Shown here in pieces: positions 26,880 through 41,230 of a stretch of 64,000 nucleotides of DNA. Under the pieces are notes generated by a model, which did no database searches, was not told the origin of the DNA, and was given only the letters and a program-made list of their open reading frames with translations. The first letter of the stretch is position 1. Each line of letters opens with the position of its first letter. A program made the position numbers and the translations under genes. Origin of the DNA: Eledone cirrhosa (taxonomy: Eukaryota). Where the stretch lies: contig OZ024757.1 in the NCBI GenBank assembly GCA_964016885.1, positions 5,456,001 to 5,520,000 on the forward strand. The letters are read 5' to 3'.

Positions 26880-27231
26880 ATTGAGGTTATAGTAAGACAC
26901 TGAAGATGCTATGTAGTGGGACCAAACCTAGAATCATATGATTGGGAAGTAAACTTTTTAATCATTCAGCTATGATGTGTCCATATAGGACTGTAGCTCT
27001 GATTAAGTACTGTTTAAGTTTGCAATGACCAGTCCAACCCATGCTGGCATGGAAAAATTGATGTAATATGATGAGGTTGATGATGATGATGATGACATCT
27101 ATATACACAGATGTGGATATATATATATTCATGTATACATATGTAAATATTCATACGTGTCAAGACATATACATGTGTAAATACTTGCAAGTTTGTATGT
27201 GCACAAGAGCATTCATGCACAAACATACACG

Positions 27232-27234
<3 letters not shown>

Positions 27235-27302
<68 letters not shown>
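27235..27302. repeat. (CT)n microsatellite
   Basis: Direct reading. Confidence 0.95.
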
Positions 27303-27307
<5 letters not shown>

Positions 27308-28384
27308 GAAGCTTAGAGTTTTAGCAGCCTTTCTGCTTTTGACAAGCAAAGACAGCCAAGTGAATTGTTGTTGTCAAGGTTAGAAGCCTTGAAACTTAGA
27401 AACAGCAATGTTGAAAACAACTCAATTGAATTCTACTTGGCATTGGAGCGAAGCAGAATGGTTGGCAGAAGAGTTCTGTTGTTTTTGCTTCAGTAGTCTT
27501 AAAACTAAAAGCAAATGGACTGTTATCTGTGTCAGATCAAACAAAGGTAAAGACATGTGAGGCAAAAACAAGTCAATGAGAGAAGAGAGATATGGCAGGA
27601 AGAAACCCTCCACACACACACATACACCAAAAAAAATTTAGAAACCAGAAAGAAAAAAACTATCTAGAATATGAATAACAGGGGGGGGGGGGGGGGGGGG
27701 CTATAAGAAGGAGGGGTTAATCTTTATGGCATTGGAAGAAGGAGAGAGAGAGTGGAGTATGTGTTGAAGAGAGCAAGAGAGTGTGAGAATGGGGTATGTG
27801 TTGAAGAGAGAGATAGGATAAAATAAACAGAGGTTAGGTAAGAAAGAAAAAAGATGTAGACAGAAGAGAATGACTTCAAAAAAAAAGAAAGAAAAGAGAC
27901 AAAACGGGAGGTAATAAAGAAAAAGATGAGTAAAGTAATAAGTCGATAGGGTGGGAAAGAGGAGAGACAAAGAAAAGATATGAAGAGAAGGGGTGGACAG
28001 AAAACGAAAAAAAAAAAAAATGTTTAACTTCAAGAAGCAAAAAGAAAAAGAAAGAAAGAAAGACGAGAAGACAATCTAGATGGAAACATAAAGCTGGTGG
28101 GGGAGAATGGATGCTGGTCTTCTCTTTCTACATGTCTGGTTCAATCATATTGTAATCCTAGATTAGAATTTACATAACATGCACGAACCGTGATTAACTT
28201 TTATTGATTTGTTTGTTTCCAGAATGTACTTTACTGGATTCTGCCCTTAGGCATATCTTGGCTAGAACATTATAGCAGAGCTTACTCCTCCACTCTACTA
28301 CCTTCCACCCCACCCCACCCCATTGAACAAATGTTGAAATATTTTGGACATAAATAAATAAATTGATTGATAAATATAAAGAAA

Positions 28385-28520
28385 TGGGTGTGTGGTTAAG
28401 AAGTTCAATTTGCAACCACATGGTTTCAGGTTCCAATCCATTGTGTGGCACTTTGGGCAAATAAATACAGTTTTCTACTGTACCTTCAGGTCAACCGATG
28501 TGTTGTGAATTTGGGGAAGT
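28385..28520 (+). mobile_element. Old tRNA-derived SINE head (second family)
   Basis: gtgtgtggttaagaag...ggttccaatcc...ggcactttgggcaa; a related minus-strand copy surrounds the MITE at ~26420-26975. Confidence 0.55.
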
Positions 28521-28587
28521 TCATCATATATATATACATACATACACACGTATATATACATACATACACACGTGTATATATATATAT

Positions 28588-29463
28588 ATCATCATCATCA
28601 TCATCATTTTACGTTCACTTTTCTCTGCTTGCAAGGGTAGGACAGGTCCTATTCAGCACAGCATCTCTCCACTTGTCATGGTCCTTCGTCATCTCCTCCG
28701 TGAGCTTCAGCGATCTGAGGTCTGCTCTCATCACCTCCGCTCATGTTTTTCGTGTTCTTCCTCTACTGTGTCTTTCTTCTACTGGCATTTGTTGACACTT
28801 CTTTACCCAGCGGTCATCCTCCATGCGCATCACATGTCCATACCATCTCAGCCTTCTCTCCTGCACACCACAACTTATCCCTCTTATACCCAGTTTCTCT
28901 CTCAACTCATCTATGCTTGGTCATTCACACACATTGATATTGCACATACAACGGAGAATGCTGGCTTCATTTCTCTCCAGCCATCACATATCACCTGTAG
29001 TTACTGCCCATGTCTCACTACCATGCAGCATCGCGCACCTCAGACAGGCATCATATAACCGGCCTTTTGTACGCAAGGAGAAACCCTTCTTTGTCAACAG
29101 AGGAGGCAGCTCCCTAAACTTCTTCCAACCTGTCGTTATTCTAGATACTATGGCCTCGGAACACCCTCTCTCCCATGCTAATCCGATCACCTAGGTACTG
29201 GAAGCTATCAACCACTTCTATAGAACCCACCTGTATTTGAAAAGTGTGTTTATCACTGTGATTACTACTGCCAACTTTCCCTGTACATCTACTGCATATG
29301 TAGTTTTCCCTACCTGTTAGTTTGCCTGCTATCCCACTACATCTCTTGTGTACCCAACATCTGCATTGTGTACATTTTATAGAATTTATATTGAACACGG
29401 CCATTTCCCTGATGGAATCAGAGTTTTGTCCTCTTTTCTACTTATCAACACTTTAGTCTTAGC
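28588..29463 (-). mobile_element. 5'-truncated RTE LINE
   Basis: GWKKFRELPPLL, RLYDACLRCAMLHGSETW, (cat)n tail. Confidence 0.9.
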
Positions 29464-29536
29464 TACATACATGCACACACACATATATCATCATCATCAT
29501 CATTGTTTAACGTCTATCTTCTATGCTAGCATGGGT

Positions 29537-29819
29537 TATATATATATATATACACACATACATATATATATACATATATATATATACATTTATACATATA
29601 TACACACATATATATATATGTATATATATATACACACACATACATATATATATACATATACATATATATATATACATTTATACATATATACACACGTATA
29701 TATATGTATATATATATATACACACACATACATATATATATACATATACATATATATATATACATTTATACATATATACACACATATATATATGTATATA
29801 TATATACACACACACATAC

Positions 29820-29850
<31 letters not shown>

Positions 29851-29901
29851 CATTTATACATATATACACACATATATATGTATATATATACACACACACA
29901 C
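29537..29901. repeat. Compound TA/CA microsatellite with 88-bp higher-order period
   Basis: Marker catttatacat at 29587, 29675, 29763 and 29851. Confidence 0.85.
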
Positions 29902-30339
29902 GGCAAAAAGCACCCACCACACACTGAAAATGTGGTTGGCATCAGGATGGGCATCCAGTCGTAGAAACCAAGCCCAAATCACTTTCTGTGTGAGTAAATT
30001 CATGGTCCCCTCACAAAGGGGCAGCCCATAAAAATAAAAAGAACGAAAAAACAAGAGAACTGTTAAGATATTTTGTGTTTAGACTGTCTGCCCATGTATG
30101 GATTATACCCCTTGAGGAGTTCAGTTAGTTTCCCGCCACTCAAATACTGGCATTTTAGTTCGGATCTAGCTGTCGAAACGGCTGGAGCTCAGCCATCGGG
30201 GTCCTGAATCTTTTCATATTACCCACTCTACTACCCCAAGTATTGAGTACTCTTCTGGGTTATGGTCTAGCTGGTTTTTACTACACCCTATCTGATATAT
30301 ATATATTTATGTACATATATGTGAATGTATATGTATATA

Positions 30340-30370
<31 letters not shown>

Positions 30371-30720
30371 GGGGCAAGGTATGTATGTATTTATGTGTAT
30401 ATATATATATGTATGTATGTATGTATTTATGTGTATATATATATGTGTATGTGTATTTGTGTGTGGCAGTTTCCACTTGTGTCTTCCTATTGATACTGTT
30501 TAAAGCAAACATTGACATTTGTTTATGTCCTACATAGACTCACAAGGTATTTAAGCTGCATATAAATGATGTCTGAGTATAGAAATTTAAGACAGAGTAA
30601 TGGACAGTATCATCTACACGGGAATGTGACAGTAAGAAGATAATTAATGTACAGAATGAAAAGTGTGGGAGATATAACTGAACTTTAAGACACACCAAAT
30701 ACAGCCCCATACATGCAGGA

Positions 30721-30764
<44 letters not shown>

Positions 30765-30768
<4 letters not shown>

Positions 30769-31043
30769 AAAGAGATGAAATCGAAAATGCAACTGAAGTC
30801 TTATTTTTTTTAAAAATATATATATTTATTTGGTTCCTTTACCGGTTTCGCAGTTCTTCTGCTTTTCAAAAGGTGAGTTGAGATGGAGGGTCTGTGGTTT
30901 TTCTGGTAAAGGAACCAAATAAATATATATATTTTTTTTAAAAATAAGACTTCAGTTGCATTTTCGATTTCATCTCTTTTTCTTTATACTTTCACTCGTG
31001 TAGGACACCTCGGTTATTTTTCATTTTGTAAAAAAAACCTCAC

Positions 31044-31097
<54 letters not shown>

Positions 31098-31111
31098 GTG
31101 AGGTTTTTTTT
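30765..31111. mobile_element. Penelope-like pseudo-LTR fragments in inverted arrangement between (TA)n tracts
   Basis: 79-bp inverted arms 30765-30843 and 30905-30983, a hammerhead motif followed by AATAAA, and a second inversion across (TA)n at 31030-31111. Confidence 0.65.
30836..30873 (-). ncRNA. Minimal type I hammerhead ribozyme motif, U3:A8 core variant
   Basis: Minus strand: CCTT-TTGAAAA-GCAG-aagaa-CTGC-GAA-ACCGGT-A-AAGG. Confidence 0.65.
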
Positions 31112-32675
31112 ATGTTATGGTGTGATGTGCCAGGAAATTTCTAAACTATACATGGGCAAATTTAGCAAGGAGATTCTCATGCCGAAAATAGTTAAATACT
31201 TTGTTAATGTCAAGGATACATGTTATTTCTAAAAGGTCTTGGTATGTAACCAAACTGTTGCTATGCTTTCATAGATTAACTCATATCAATTAGGGACAAG
31301 ACCTTGAGTTGTATATAATACCCAATTTTATGAGAGCATGGTATGGTTTGAGTAAGATATAGTTGCTATTTCTAGCAGTTTTAATGACTACATAAAGGCT
31401 CATTTAATGGCTCATCCTTTCTTTATTTAAGTTAGTAGTGATTGGCTGCTATTTTTAGCAAATCGTGTAACCACATAGGAGCTCCTTTATTGGTTTGTCT
31501 CTTCTTTTTCTTTGTCCACATATTTCTGGGAGAGTTGTTGGGGCAGAATCCTCAAATACACCTTCCAGCAGGTACTGTCAGTAGCAATTGTCTCCAATTG
31601 ATCCGGTTGGATCCCCAAGCATGATCAGTCGAGCTCATGGATGTTATCCAACCATCTTGCTCGGGGTCTACCTCTGGGTCTCCTTCGGGTTGGTTTGACC
31701 AGTAAAATCTGTCCAGTGATTCTTTCCTAAGACATTCTAACCACATGCCTGTAGTATCTCAATTTGGAGAAGTAGTGGGGTTGCCATTGATGTTTTCAAT
31801 GGAAAAGGTACAGGCTGATACAACTTGGTACCAGCATTGTCACAACTCATTTTATCAAACTGAATAGACTGAAACAACATGAAATAAAGTGTTTTGCCAA
31901 AGGACACAACACAGAACCCTGTCTGGAAATTAAATATGAGCATTACACCTTAACAACTAAGCCACGCATCTTCATAATCTGTACTAAATGTGTTAATATA
32001 GTTTATATGAAATAAATCAGTTGTTCTATGGAAGAGACAGTAATAAAAATTAACTTCATAGAGTATAATGAATGTAAACATAACAACGATACAAAGTTGA
32101 GAGAAAGAAATATTACATTTAATTTATAGTTTATTTCAAAAGTAAGAATATAAATGTATAGCTTTCTAAAACCCTAGAATACATGTGTGTGTGTGTGTAG
32201 GTGTGTAGATATATATGTGTGTGTGAGTGAATATATATGTATATAGTATTAATATAAAGGAACAAAGAATCAGTGTTACATCATATACATATTTATTACA
32301 TATTACATATGTTTCACTGTCAATCAGCTCAAGGTGCTATCTATTAATAATTGAACCTGACTCTGGAATTGGAAGCTCCTCTGATAGGCTCGCATTAGAG
32401 AGTGAATGAATATTTTCCGAAATCCTTCTATCATAGATGAATTCATATATATATATTACAAGAGATGGCAATGTGAATAAAGCTGTTTTTTCTGCCATTG
32501 CCCAGTTTCCTCTATATTTCTATTTCTTCTTTAATTTCAAATTTTTTTTTACGATGACGGACGAGCGTCCAAAACGCTAAGACTCTCTTCTTGTTATATC
32601 AAGCATAAAACTACTAATATATTTCTTCATTGTATTGGGTCATTTACTTTGTTATTTCTGTTTGCCTTTTCCATG

Positions 32676-32815
32676 TCATCATCATCATCATCATCATTTT
32701 ACGTTCGCTTTTCCCTGCTTGCAAGGGTTGGACGGGTCCTATTCAGCACAGCATCTCTCCACTTGTCACGGTCCTTCGTCATCTCCTCGGTGAGTTTCAG
32801 CCATCTGAGGTCTGA
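32676..32815 (-). mobile_element. Short RTE 3' end
   Basis: Matches 28588-28725, with (cat)n tail. Confidence 0.8.
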
Positions 32816-34580
32816 TATGTTGTCGGATAGATGAGTTATTTACTTTATTTACTTGTCGGGTTACATTTTCATGTTTCATTCAATGACGAAATTATCAGAA
32901 AGACGATTAATCATGGTTGGTGCCAATGCATTTCTTATATAGGTAAATGGTGGATAGGGTTTAATGCTAATGGGAGGAGTCCTTGGTTCTCTTTTGAGTA
33001 ACAGTCTCCAAAAAGGAACCAGTTAGGGTAGATAGAAAGCTGTGATTTGAAGGAAATTGTGCAACTACTTCAAACTATTTAAGGGGCTTCTTCATTGACA
33101 CTGTTTTTATTATTGTTGTTGTTTAGAAGATCTATCATATAAGGTATTCCAGCCTTGAATGGTGCTTTATGATATTTGCTCTGAGTTCAAATCCTACCAA
33201 AGTCAACTTTGCCTTTCATCCTTTCGAGGTCGATAAAAAAAGGAAAAGTCAAGTATTAGTTTCGATTCTTCCTCTATATCTCTTTCCCTTAAAAAAAATC
33301 GGCTCTGTTCAGACCTTGAGAAGTGATGGGCTACGAAACGCCGTATGTCACTACAGTGCTCCTACAACACTACCGGGAATTAAGGGTCATTGCATACCTT
33401 CATAGTTTCCTTCCATAACCACCTTCTTTTCTTCAGGCGGTAGGAGTCAGCTGAAGAAATCTGGCTGCTATTTCTAGCTGGTCAAATGACCGTGTCTATT
33501 CTTCGTTAATAGTTGGTGAATTTATTTACACTGTTTTTTAGAATTGAACGTTCTATTTCTCTCCTTTATTTTTGTTAACATCATCTTCTCTTCTCTCTTT
33601 TATCTCCGTTCATATCCTTTACTTATTTCTCTTCTTTTTCTTTTTCACCTGATCACAAAAGAAAGTACCCCCCCCCCCATCATCACGTCCCATTAAATTA
33701 ATCGAAGTTATCTCCCTTGCTTTACAAACAAGATTATAAACGAAACAACTGCATTAAATTATTTCCTTCTATAAAATATTTCCATCAAGTTTAATCAATC
33801 ACATTTAACATGATGGAAAATAATGAAACTCCCTCTATATAAGATTTAAAAATTAAATATGGCTTTCATTTGAAATGAATTATGAATTGATAATTATTTC
33901 TATTTATGTTATTGGAATATTTAATGCAGCTATTCAGCATAACAGGGGAGACTACTCGTATAGTTAAACGGTAGAAACTGACAAACATTAAGCTAGTCTC
34001 TGTCAACAAATAGGAAATTCAAACATCCGCCAAATGACAATAGATTATTTTACTGTAAGAAAGAGAAAGAGAAGTCTGCCTTGTCTCGAAAAACCTTTCA
34101 TTACTCTCTAACGAAGGGTTCTATTCGAAATATTTGACTCCCCTTTGTTACCGCGACAAAATGTATTCAAATTTTCCACATTTCGTTTGAGGAAAGATCC
34201 CCATTAGGTGGAATGGCTGCTGTAGCAGGTATCACTAGCTATTCTTCCAGACAATGCTTGCACTAATCTGTCCGCAGGCATAAGTGCGAGGTCCAGCCAA
34301 ATGTGTAGGGTCCCCCTCTCTATTTCTCCCTGATATTTATTTTTATTTTGTTTACCCCTCCCCCTCTCTGCTTGTAAACATACATTTACATAGTTTTTAT
34401 ACTTTTATCATAGATGGTGGGTTCTAATAGAGTAAATTGTAACTATACTCTCATTGTTTTCCAGATAGCAGGCGGTAGAAAAACAGTGTCTATTTTTATT
34501 CAGTATTTTACACACACACATACTAAAGAACAGATAACTCTCGTATTTTGTTATATTTTGGTTTATGAGTTATTTATTTA

Positions 34581-34847
34581 TAGTGGAGCCTCGGCTCACG
34601 AACTTCGTTCCTGAAGGCCGTTCGTGACCTGAAATGTTCGTAAACAGAAACTATTTCCCCCATAGGAAATGTTGAGAGAGAAATACAGTGAGAGAGAGCG
34701 ACTGTGTGTGAGAGGCAGATAGATACCACCATAATAACTAACTACACAGCAAGTAACGCTTTCCCGCCGATACTCCAAGCTTGTTGTCGACTTGTGTGTT
34801 TGTTGTTTAATGTCCGGAAAAATTGTGCGTGAACCGAGGTTCCACTC
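34581..34847. mobile_element. pogo/Tigger-like MITE
   Basis: TA-tagtggagcctcggctcacg ... cgtgaaccgaggttccactc-TA: imperfect ~20-bp TIRs with TA flanks. Confidence 0.7.
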
Positions 34848-35097
34848 TAATTATAGAAGACGGGATTTGCAGAATTGGTTGTCGGGTGAAATGACTTTGA
34901 AGATTTATTCGGGAATCACGACCCTTTTTATCTTCTCGAGGTGAGGTGGGGGGTGATAAAATATAGTATAAATGAAGTATTTGGATCATTGTTTTTTTTG
35001 CCTAAATTAGAAAAAAAATATGATTAAGGATATAATTGTTTTGCAGTATAGAGTTATGTCCCTTTGCATACTGAGTTTGTCTTTCATTATTTCAGAG

Positions 35098-35274
35098 GAT
35101 TGGCAGTATCAGTAGAGGGTCGGACGCCATGCTTTCTAGCATAGTTACGTCCCTTTACGATCTGAGTTCAAATCCCGCCGAGGTTAACTTTGCCTTTCAT
35201 CCTTACGGGGTCGATAAAATAAAGTACCAGTAATACACTGAGTAATTGCTGGCATTGTGCCTAAAGTAGAAACA
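35098..35274 (+). mobile_element. tRNA-derived SINE with 12-bp TSD
   Basis: TSD attatttcagag at 35086-35097 and 35275-35286. Confidence 0.88.
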
Positions 35275-36037
35275 ATTATTTCAGAGTGAAGTATTGTCAA
35301 TACTACCAGAAATGTTAGTGTGTCTGGCAAAATGACTTAAGCTACTTAGGTACGTAGTTACGATTCTTTACGTTTTGAGTTCAAATCCCACAGAGGTTAA
35401 CTTTCTGAGTTAGTTAATATAAAGTACCAACCAAGTATTGGGGTGATTTAATCAACTTTCCTCTCCCCTAAATTATCCCCTAAATTTTGCCAAAATTAAG
35501 ATTAATTATTATTTGTGAAAGCAGTAAATTGCCAGAATATATATCAAATAAAATATATTTCGGTGTTTTGTTCTGAGTTCAAATCCTGCGATAGTTAATA
35601 AAAAAAATAAGTATCAGTCAAATACTAGTGTGATATAACCATTCCCTCCCCATGAAATATCTGGAGGTGCCTATGTAAGAAATAGGCACATCATTTAAAG
35701 TCTGTTATTCCATGGTGGCATGGGTTAGATGGAATTATACCTTTTCTTATCTACTTGTGTCTATGAACAAGAAACCAACCACATTTAATGTTCCTCTATT
35801 AAATAATGTCTTATATATTTCTAATGTAAAATACTGTGTTGAAAATAATGAAGAATTTAGAGAAAAATAACTAACTTTCTCATTATTAAACTGATGTTTG
35901 AAACATATCTTAACAAATGTTCTTATATAAAATCCTGATGGGAGCTTTTTAGATAAATATATACTTTTTATATATATTGTAGAACCAGGAGCAATTTCAT
36001 ACAGTTTGGTATGAAAATGGTTAAAATATAATTAGGA

Positions 36038-36140
<103 letters not shown>

Positions 36141-37133
36141 TAATTGCTTTTATTTCTTTACATATATTATAGTCAAATAATGAAAAATGCAATCAATAAT
36201 TGTGAGGACAGAATCGGGACCAAAATAGGGAACAATGAAAACAACTTTAATTAATTATGACATGAATTTTCAATATCAATTTTGATGACATTGAATAAAA
36301 AAAAAAAAAAAGAAAGAGATAATGCTGATAGCAATATTTGTGATTTCAATAATTTCAGTTATATATTTAATAGAGAAGATTTTGGTGATGAATGTAATAG
36401 CAAATGTATTCACAAGTTCTTTTTTATACCAACATTTTTACCAATTTATATAAATAAATTTATACCAAAAATTAGAAATCATTTTTATTAAACAAAGAAT
36501 TAATATTGAAGTAATATATATATAATGCTGAAGCTGAAATAAATTAGAATTCTTGACAATATATCAGAGAATGAATATGTTTCTGGCTTCATTTACAAAT
36601 TCTAAGCCATCAGTTTGGCATTTATTTTGAAATGAATTTCTTTGTGAGACTCTGAATATTTTAGTTCTTAAGAAAACTGATTGAAAGAATATTTTTTATA
36701 ATGTATCTGATAAAATTTGATTGAAAGATAAAAGCAGTCATTTTTTAAAAAATATCCATTCTTCAATCGATATTCTTCCAGTTTTTTTTTTTGTTTTTTT
36801 TAAGCTCAAAGCAAGTTCTTATTTTGAAGTGCTAGTGTTTAGAGAAGTTGAGTGTCAAACTGCTGTGAAATATTGCAAATAAACCTAGAAGAGTAGTTTT
36901 AATAAAATATTCATTCTGTATTGTTGTCTTCTCCTGATTTTACTGATTACAACATATGGAACAGCCCCCAACTCTCCCTTATTCTATACAAGTGGTTCCC
37001 ACCCTAGTCATACTAAGGACTCCTGTTTATCTAAATGAATTTTCCCACCGATCACAGACACTTGAAAGATCTGTCTACTATAACAAGTTTATTTTATTAA
37101 CTAACACAAATCTCATTTTCTCAGTTTTGTTGC

Positions 37134-37191
<58 letters not shown>

Positions 37192-37516
37192 CTAAATATT
37201 CAGTTAGATAATTGACAATATTAACCCTTCTGCTACCATATTTCAAATGAAATATACTGTGTTTCAGTTTATTTGGAAACTCATCAAAACAGATGGGGGG
37301 AATTTAATAACAGGATCAACCTTTTTCATTATTAAGTTGATGTTTGGAACAAAATTTTCTATAAAAAATTTGATTATTTTAAAATGGGAAGCCTTGTGTC
37401 ATAAAACCAGACCAGTTTCAGGTGGATTGGTATAAAAAAAATTACTTATTTAATGAGATAGTCGAAGCTGCTTTGTTGACTCCAAGTTCTTCATTTTAAA
37501 TTTAATGGTAGACATT

Positions 37517-37982
37517 TTAACCCTTTCATCACCACCTTTCTAATGAAATACAGTCTATTTCGATTTATTAATGAACAATTTTGAGGGATTTACTAAAATT
37601 ACTAATTATTTCATTACTAAGGTAGTAACTTAATGTAAGGTTTTTATATGAAATTATGTTGGAAGATTTTAATTTAACTCTTTAGCATTTTACATTACTC
37701 TATATTTATTATTATATTTTCACGGTAAAATCATAATCTCATATAATTATCGCACATAGCATCGAATCTGTGAGATTTTGATATTATTTATTTTGAGAAC
37801 AATACCTTAACGTAAGTATGAACAGCCAGTTACAGTCGGTTTTAACAGAAAGAGGTGAGAGAATTCTGGCCAGATACAGTCGGTTTAAATGCTAAAGGGT
37901 TAAATTGGAATCCTTTAAAATGGGTGGTTGTATTTCATAGAACTAGAGCCAGTTTTAGGTGGGTTGGTAATGAAAGGGTTAA
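37517..37982. mobile_element. Nested piggyBac-type MITEs (inner copy 37674-37903)
   Basis: Outer ttaa-ccctttcatcacca...tggtaatgaaaggg-ttaa; inner ttaa-ctctttagcattta...taaatgctaaaggg-ttaa. Confidence 0.82.
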
Positions 37983-38353
37983 ATGTAGATCAGGTTCCAA
38001 AAAGTATCTAAAAATATTAGATTGTTCCTGTAGATGTAGAAATATGTTCGAAGTTTTGAAAATTTATTTTCATCAGACTTTTCATGAGTAGTTATGCATT
38101 TGAAATTTTCAACTTGGTTCAAAGACTTCCAGTAGTATCTTTGTGGAATCCCACCACCCCAAAAGATCCTTGAGCTACAGGTTGGAAACTGCTGTTCTAT
38201 ATCATATAAGGAAACCCTTTAAAAATAAAAACGATTTCTAATCAGAAAATAAGAAAGATATAAGTTTTCAATACTAATTAGATAATGTCTGATCACATTT
38301 TAAGAACCAAATTTTATTTTCTTGGTCTCCTCTCTCTCTGTGACTCCCCCCGC

Positions 38354-38436
<83 letters not shown>

Positions 38437-38569
38437 GAAGATCTATATTGTTAACGAAGTAACCCACAATCAGAATCTTCTATTTTATTGTATGACATCC
38501 TCCTTACTGAAACCATATATAATAATGAATGTTATCTGTTTTGTAGTAATCAATGAATAGTACTATGTC

Positions 38570-39350
38570 ATCGTTATCATCATCACCCTCCCATCCACAT
38601 CACCCTACCACCACCACCACCACCACCATCACCATCATCATCATACATTTGTTTTTCTTGGCTCACATGGGTTGAATGGGTCTTCTATAGTACAGCATCT
38701 TGCCACTTGTTAGTTGTTGTCCTTTATCATTTCTTTCATGAGGTTCAGCATCCTGAGATCTACCTTCACCACTTCTTCCCATTTCTTCCTTGGTCTTCCA
38801 CATCTGCAGGTTTCTTCCACTTGGATTGCTTGATACATTTTTACCCATTTGCCATCACATGTCCATACCAGTTCAGTCTTCTTTCCTACACACTACATCT
38901 GCTTCTTTTTATACACAGTTTTTCTCTTAACTCACTTGTGCTTCATCAATCAGGTACACTAAAACTACACATTCAATGGCTCATGTTTGCCTTATTTCTT
39001 TCAATCCATTGTACATCCTTTGTATTCAATATCCTTATTTCATAACCATTCAATATTACACAAAGATCATACAATCCACCCTTCACTTGGAGAGAGAATG
39101 CACCTATTCCCAGGAGATGTAATAATTTCCTGAATTATTTCACCTTATTCTTACTCTGACTGCTATGCTTTCCAAGCCCTTCTTTCATTGCTAATTAGGT
39201 TACCATGATAACAGAAGCTGTCAACTACTTCTCGCAAACTTTCCATGCATTTGAAAATGCATACTTTTAATCAGACTCGAAACTTAAGATTTATCATTGA
39301 ACCTATAGCAGTGGAGACTTCTGGCACTCAGTGTTCCCAAACGACATTCC
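38570..39350 (-). mobile_element. Old degenerate RTE LINE 3' fragment
   Basis: catcacatgtccataccagttcagtctt (WYGHVM motif) and a (cat/cac)n tail. Confidence 0.7.
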
Positions 39351-41230
39351 AACACTCTGCACTCAGGAGAGTGATCCCTGCAAGTTGGAATGGCTATTTC
39401 AATGTATCTCCCTCACTACTTATCCTCCAGAGTAATGCTTTCTCTATTCTGTCTTCTGGGACCACAAGAGCATACTACCACATTGTCCAGGCATATATCA
39501 TTGGGGTAATGATGGAAGTAGACTGTGTCTTTATATATGTACAAACACACACACACACCACCACCACCACCATCAACAACATTAACGATTATTAGAGGTA
39601 TTTACCTAATTATAGGTCTATTTCATAAATAGTTCAAACTTCAATCTTCAATCTGTCATTTTCCCAAGAGCATTCATTTCTTAAACTAAACCCATCTTTA
39701 GTTCTTTAGTTCTTTACTGTGTTTTATTCATCATGACTAAAGCCATAATGGAGCATCTCCTTTGACTATTTCATAGTCAGTCCTTTCAGTTGTTAGTAGC
39801 TCAGCCAACAGATCAACTAACTAATCCAGTTGTCATCTGTTGTGTTCAAATGTAAGATTAAAGTGGGATTGTTAATTCCATAATGACTGAAAGAATATAT
39901 TTTCATTTAGAATATTTCTTTGATCTTATATAATGGTTCTGATGTAGAAACTGGAGCCAAGTAAAACTGCCTTTTGTTGTTGTTAGACCTCTATTTAGTC
40001 TGATCATGAGTGTTCCAGTTATCTGAACAATGGAACATTCTGCTTGTGAAATTAATGTGCCACTATCTGAGCATTCCACAGTATATGACAAGAATATGTA
40101 CAGCTTATTTTTGTCAGCTGAGTGGACTGGAGCAATGTGAAATAAAGTCCAAGACCAAAATACACCACTGGGAATTGAACACATGAACTTACATTTATGA
40201 GCCAAACACCTTTAATCACTAAGCCACATGCCTTGTAAAAATATAAAAATAATTGAATTATAACAATGATGATCCTAATATTCATCACAGTGGCAGGATC
40301 AATATGTAGAGATATTCTTTCTACTCTTTTATTGGTTTCAGTCATTGGACTGCAGTCATTTTAAGGCGCTACCTTCAAAAGCTTTAGTTACTTATATTGA
40401 CTTCAGAATTCTAAATTAGAACATATTTTAATTGCTGTGATCTTGTCATAAACCAGCATTACAAATTTAACCTTTTTCTGTACAAATGTCTTACAAAATA
40501 CACTCCCTGTGATTTTCTAATTTTGAAAACAATTAAGAATTTAGAGGGATTTAGTAATATAATTAACTTTTTCATCATTAAGCTGGTATTGGGAACATAA
40601 CTTAACAAAGGTTTTTACATAATATTACGATGGAGAATTTTTAGATAACTATAAACATTTTGTATCTTAGAATCAGAGGCAGTTTCTGGCATTTGTTATC
40701 AAAAGGGTTAATAAACAATTTTCATTTATTTCATTGGTTCAACAATACAGATTTGTAGGATAGTATTATGTTTGACTGAACAAATATTATTCCATGACTA
40801 AGCTTTATTTAGTCAACTCCCAGACAAACAAATTACAGTAAAATTGGAACTCATCATGTAGAAAAATGGAACTAACTATTGTAAAATATTTAACTGTGTT
40901 TTGCTGTTTCTACTATTCCACTATCTTAGCTGGGAACTATTTAACCTCTATTTCTTCTCATGCTTATCATATGTCAAGAAAACCTGAAGAGGTTATGAGT
41001 CTATTCTTTTCTCATTTAAAATTAACCCATTCATTGCCAAGCTGAACATTTCACAGCTTTGATTTTGGTTTGTTGATAAGACTTTCCCAGCCTATTCCAT
41101 GATATTATCTGGCCATTTCTTTCTCTGATGTCTTTGCCTTCTTTTCTCTTGAACTGTTCCTAGGAGCACGGTCTTGGTCAATCCCTCAGATCATGTTACA
41201 TTACTGTATGACTGGGTCATATTATTCATA

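Noticed and set aside
27660-28080. Poly-G and purine-rich tract with a 110-aa minus-strand ORF
   Set aside because: Low-complexity sequence with no coding signature.
29348-30537. Long Y/I/H/T- and C/V/M-rich ORFs (also 41896-42448 and 46388-47059)
   Set aside because: Translations of TA/CA microsatellites.
32551-32586. Hammerhead-like acgatga-cggacg-ag-cgtcc-aaaac (similar traces at ~34105 and ~49443)
   Set aside because: Core residues are mutated without compensation and stem I is missing; at most decayed relics.
34850-34946. Possible first exon ending gag|gtgagg near a CpG-richer patch
   Set aside because: The CpG content is mostly the pogo MITE, and no partner exon or ORF is evident.
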